Shown here in pieces: positions 30,890 to 32,000 of a stretch of 32,000 bases of DNA. A model generated the notes under the pieces. It saw only the letters and a list, made by a program, of their open reading frames with translations. It did no database searches and was not told the origin of the DNA. A program made the translations under genes and the position numbers. Position 1 is the stretch's first letter; every line of letters begins with the position of its first letter. Origin of the DNA: Ignicoccus islandicus DSM 13165 (GTDB lineage Archaea; Thermoproteota; Thermoprotei_A; Sulfolobales; Ignicoccaceae); NCBI RefSeq assembly GCF_001481685.1, contig NZ_CP006867.1, positions 750,001 through 782,000 on the forward strand, read 5' to 3'.

Positions 30890-32000
30890 TACTTCTTCAC
30901 CTTTTCAAGCGCTTTACTGCTCCTGTATTTGGGATGGTACTTCTTGATGTATTCTGGTCTTATCTTCGTGAGTTCCTCCTCAGGAAGTATTGATAGGATC
31001 TCCCAAGCTAAGTCTAGGGTTTCCTCGATGCTCCTGTTCTCGTAGTAGTCTTGCCTCAAGAACTTTCTCTCGAACGCTTCACCGAACCTCAGATACTTCC
31101 TGTCCACTTCGCTTAGGCTCTCCTCACCTACTATTGCCGCTAGACCTCTAAGGTCAACGGCCCTTGCATAGGCAGCGTATAGCTGGTTAGAGACGTCGGG
31201 GTGATCTTCTCTAGTCTTACCCTTACCTATACCGTCCCTCATCAACCTGGATAGGCTCATTAGAACGTTGATCGGGGGATAGATGCCCTTGTTGTGAAGG
31301 TCTCTCGATAGTACTATCTGGCCCTCGGTAATGTAACCGGTTAGGTCCGGAATCGGGTGAGTGATGTCGTCGTTAGGCATCGTCAATATAGGCATCTGAG
31401 TTATCGATCCATTGGATCCCTTGACCCTACCGGCCCTTTCATAGATCGTTGCTAGATCGGTGTACATGTAACCGGGGTATCCTTGCCTTCCAGGAACCTC
31501 TTCTCTACTGGCTGAGATTTCTCTTAGCGCTTCACAATAATTGGTCATATCAGTTATTATTACTAGGACGTGCATGTCTTTCTTGAAAGCTAGGTACTCG
31601 GCGAGAGTTAGGGCGGCTCTGGGCGTCACTATCTTCATCATTGCTGGCTCGTTCGCTAAGCTCACGAACATTGCCGTCCTGTTTATTGCGCCGGTCTCTT
31701 CGAAGGCCTTCTTGAAGAAGAGTAACTCGTCGTACTGGATACCGACTGCCGCGAATACGACAGCGAAGGCCTCTTCCTTGCCTCTCACGGTAGCTTGCCT
31801 AGCTATTTGCGCGGCTAACTTGTTGTGAGGGAGACCTGAACCAGAGAAGATCGGGAGCTTCTGACCTCTAACTAGGGAGTTCATACCGTCTATAGCGCTT
31901 ATACCGGTTTGAATGAACTCGTCGGGGTATTCCCTTGCATATGGGTTTATTGGTTCGCCCCAGACGTTCCTCTTCTCAACAGCTCTTATTGGGGCCCCTC
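30889..32000 (-). CDS. atpB: A-type ATP synthase subunit B (regulatory), N-terminus beyond the window
   Basis: [95 protein letters not shown]. The frame stays open upstream of the first ATG to the window edge. Confidence 0.95.
   Translation of the reverse strand, partial: GAPIRAVEKRNVWGEPINPYAREYPDEFIQTGISAIDGMNSLVRGQKLPIFSGSGLPHNKLAAQIARQATVRGKEEAFAVVFAAVGIQYDELLFFKKAFEETGAINRTAMFVSLANEPAMMKIVTPRAALTLAEYLAFKKDMHVLVIITDMTNYCEALREISASREEVPGRQGYPGYMYTDLATIYERAGRVKGSNGSITQMPILTMPNDDITHPIPDLTGYITEGQIVLSRDLHNKGIYPPINVLMSLSRLMRDGIGKGKTREDHPDVSNQLYAAYARAVDLRGLAAIVGEESLSEVDRKYLRFGEAFERKFLRQDYYENRSIEETLDLAWEILSILPEEELTKIRPEYIKKYHPKYRSSKALEKVKK

Noticed and set aside
1-32000. CRISPR arrays, IS elements or long direct or inverted repeats
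   Set aside because: A visual scan of all gaps and of low-complexity stretches found no regularly spaced repeats and no transposase-like ORFs. The only repeat-like DNA is the Thr-codon reiteration inside the CDS 24327-24983.

Overview
Very densely coding chromosomal segment from an archaeon, most consistent with a thermophilic crenarchaeote or other TACK lineage. Supporting evidence: AglB/STT3, ribosomal protein S27e, A-type ATP synthase genes in the Sulfolobus-like order B - D - small subunit - c, A/T-rich TATA boxes about 25-40 nt upstream of start codons, oligo-T runs just after stop codons, and many 1-4 nt gene overlaps. I support about 36 CDS and 2 tRNAs. I found no rRNA, CRISPR array, transposase, integrase or long repeat. 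Most of the window is housekeeping: PdxS, PurB, AglB, S27e, MetRS, enolase, PanB, HypF, AroA, A-ATPase subunits and an NFACT/Rqc2-like protein. One block looks accessory and unexplained, at about 24.3-27.8 kb. It holds a membrane protein with a strictly phased threonine ladder, and a Cys-rich protein ending in WYWYF whose stop codon abuts the start of an SPL/COG1533-type radical SAM gene. It also holds a second glycoprotein-like membrane protein and a short TGT-superfamily protein that keeps the catalytic motifs but has no Zn site or PUA domain. Secondary curiosities:
- an apparently orphan encapsulated-ferritin-like gene
- PanB, whose conserved N-terminus lies upstream of any canonical start codon
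- PdxS with a roughly 55-60 aa N-terminal extension
- an LeuA-like DRE-TIM synthase with an RDGQQ motif (possible Re-citrate synthase)
- an unlisted 56-aa ORF coupled by TAATG overlap inside the atp operon
- a bipartite 8-Cys protein at the end of the hypF-panB gene string
All functional calls come from motif recognition by eye; no searches were run.
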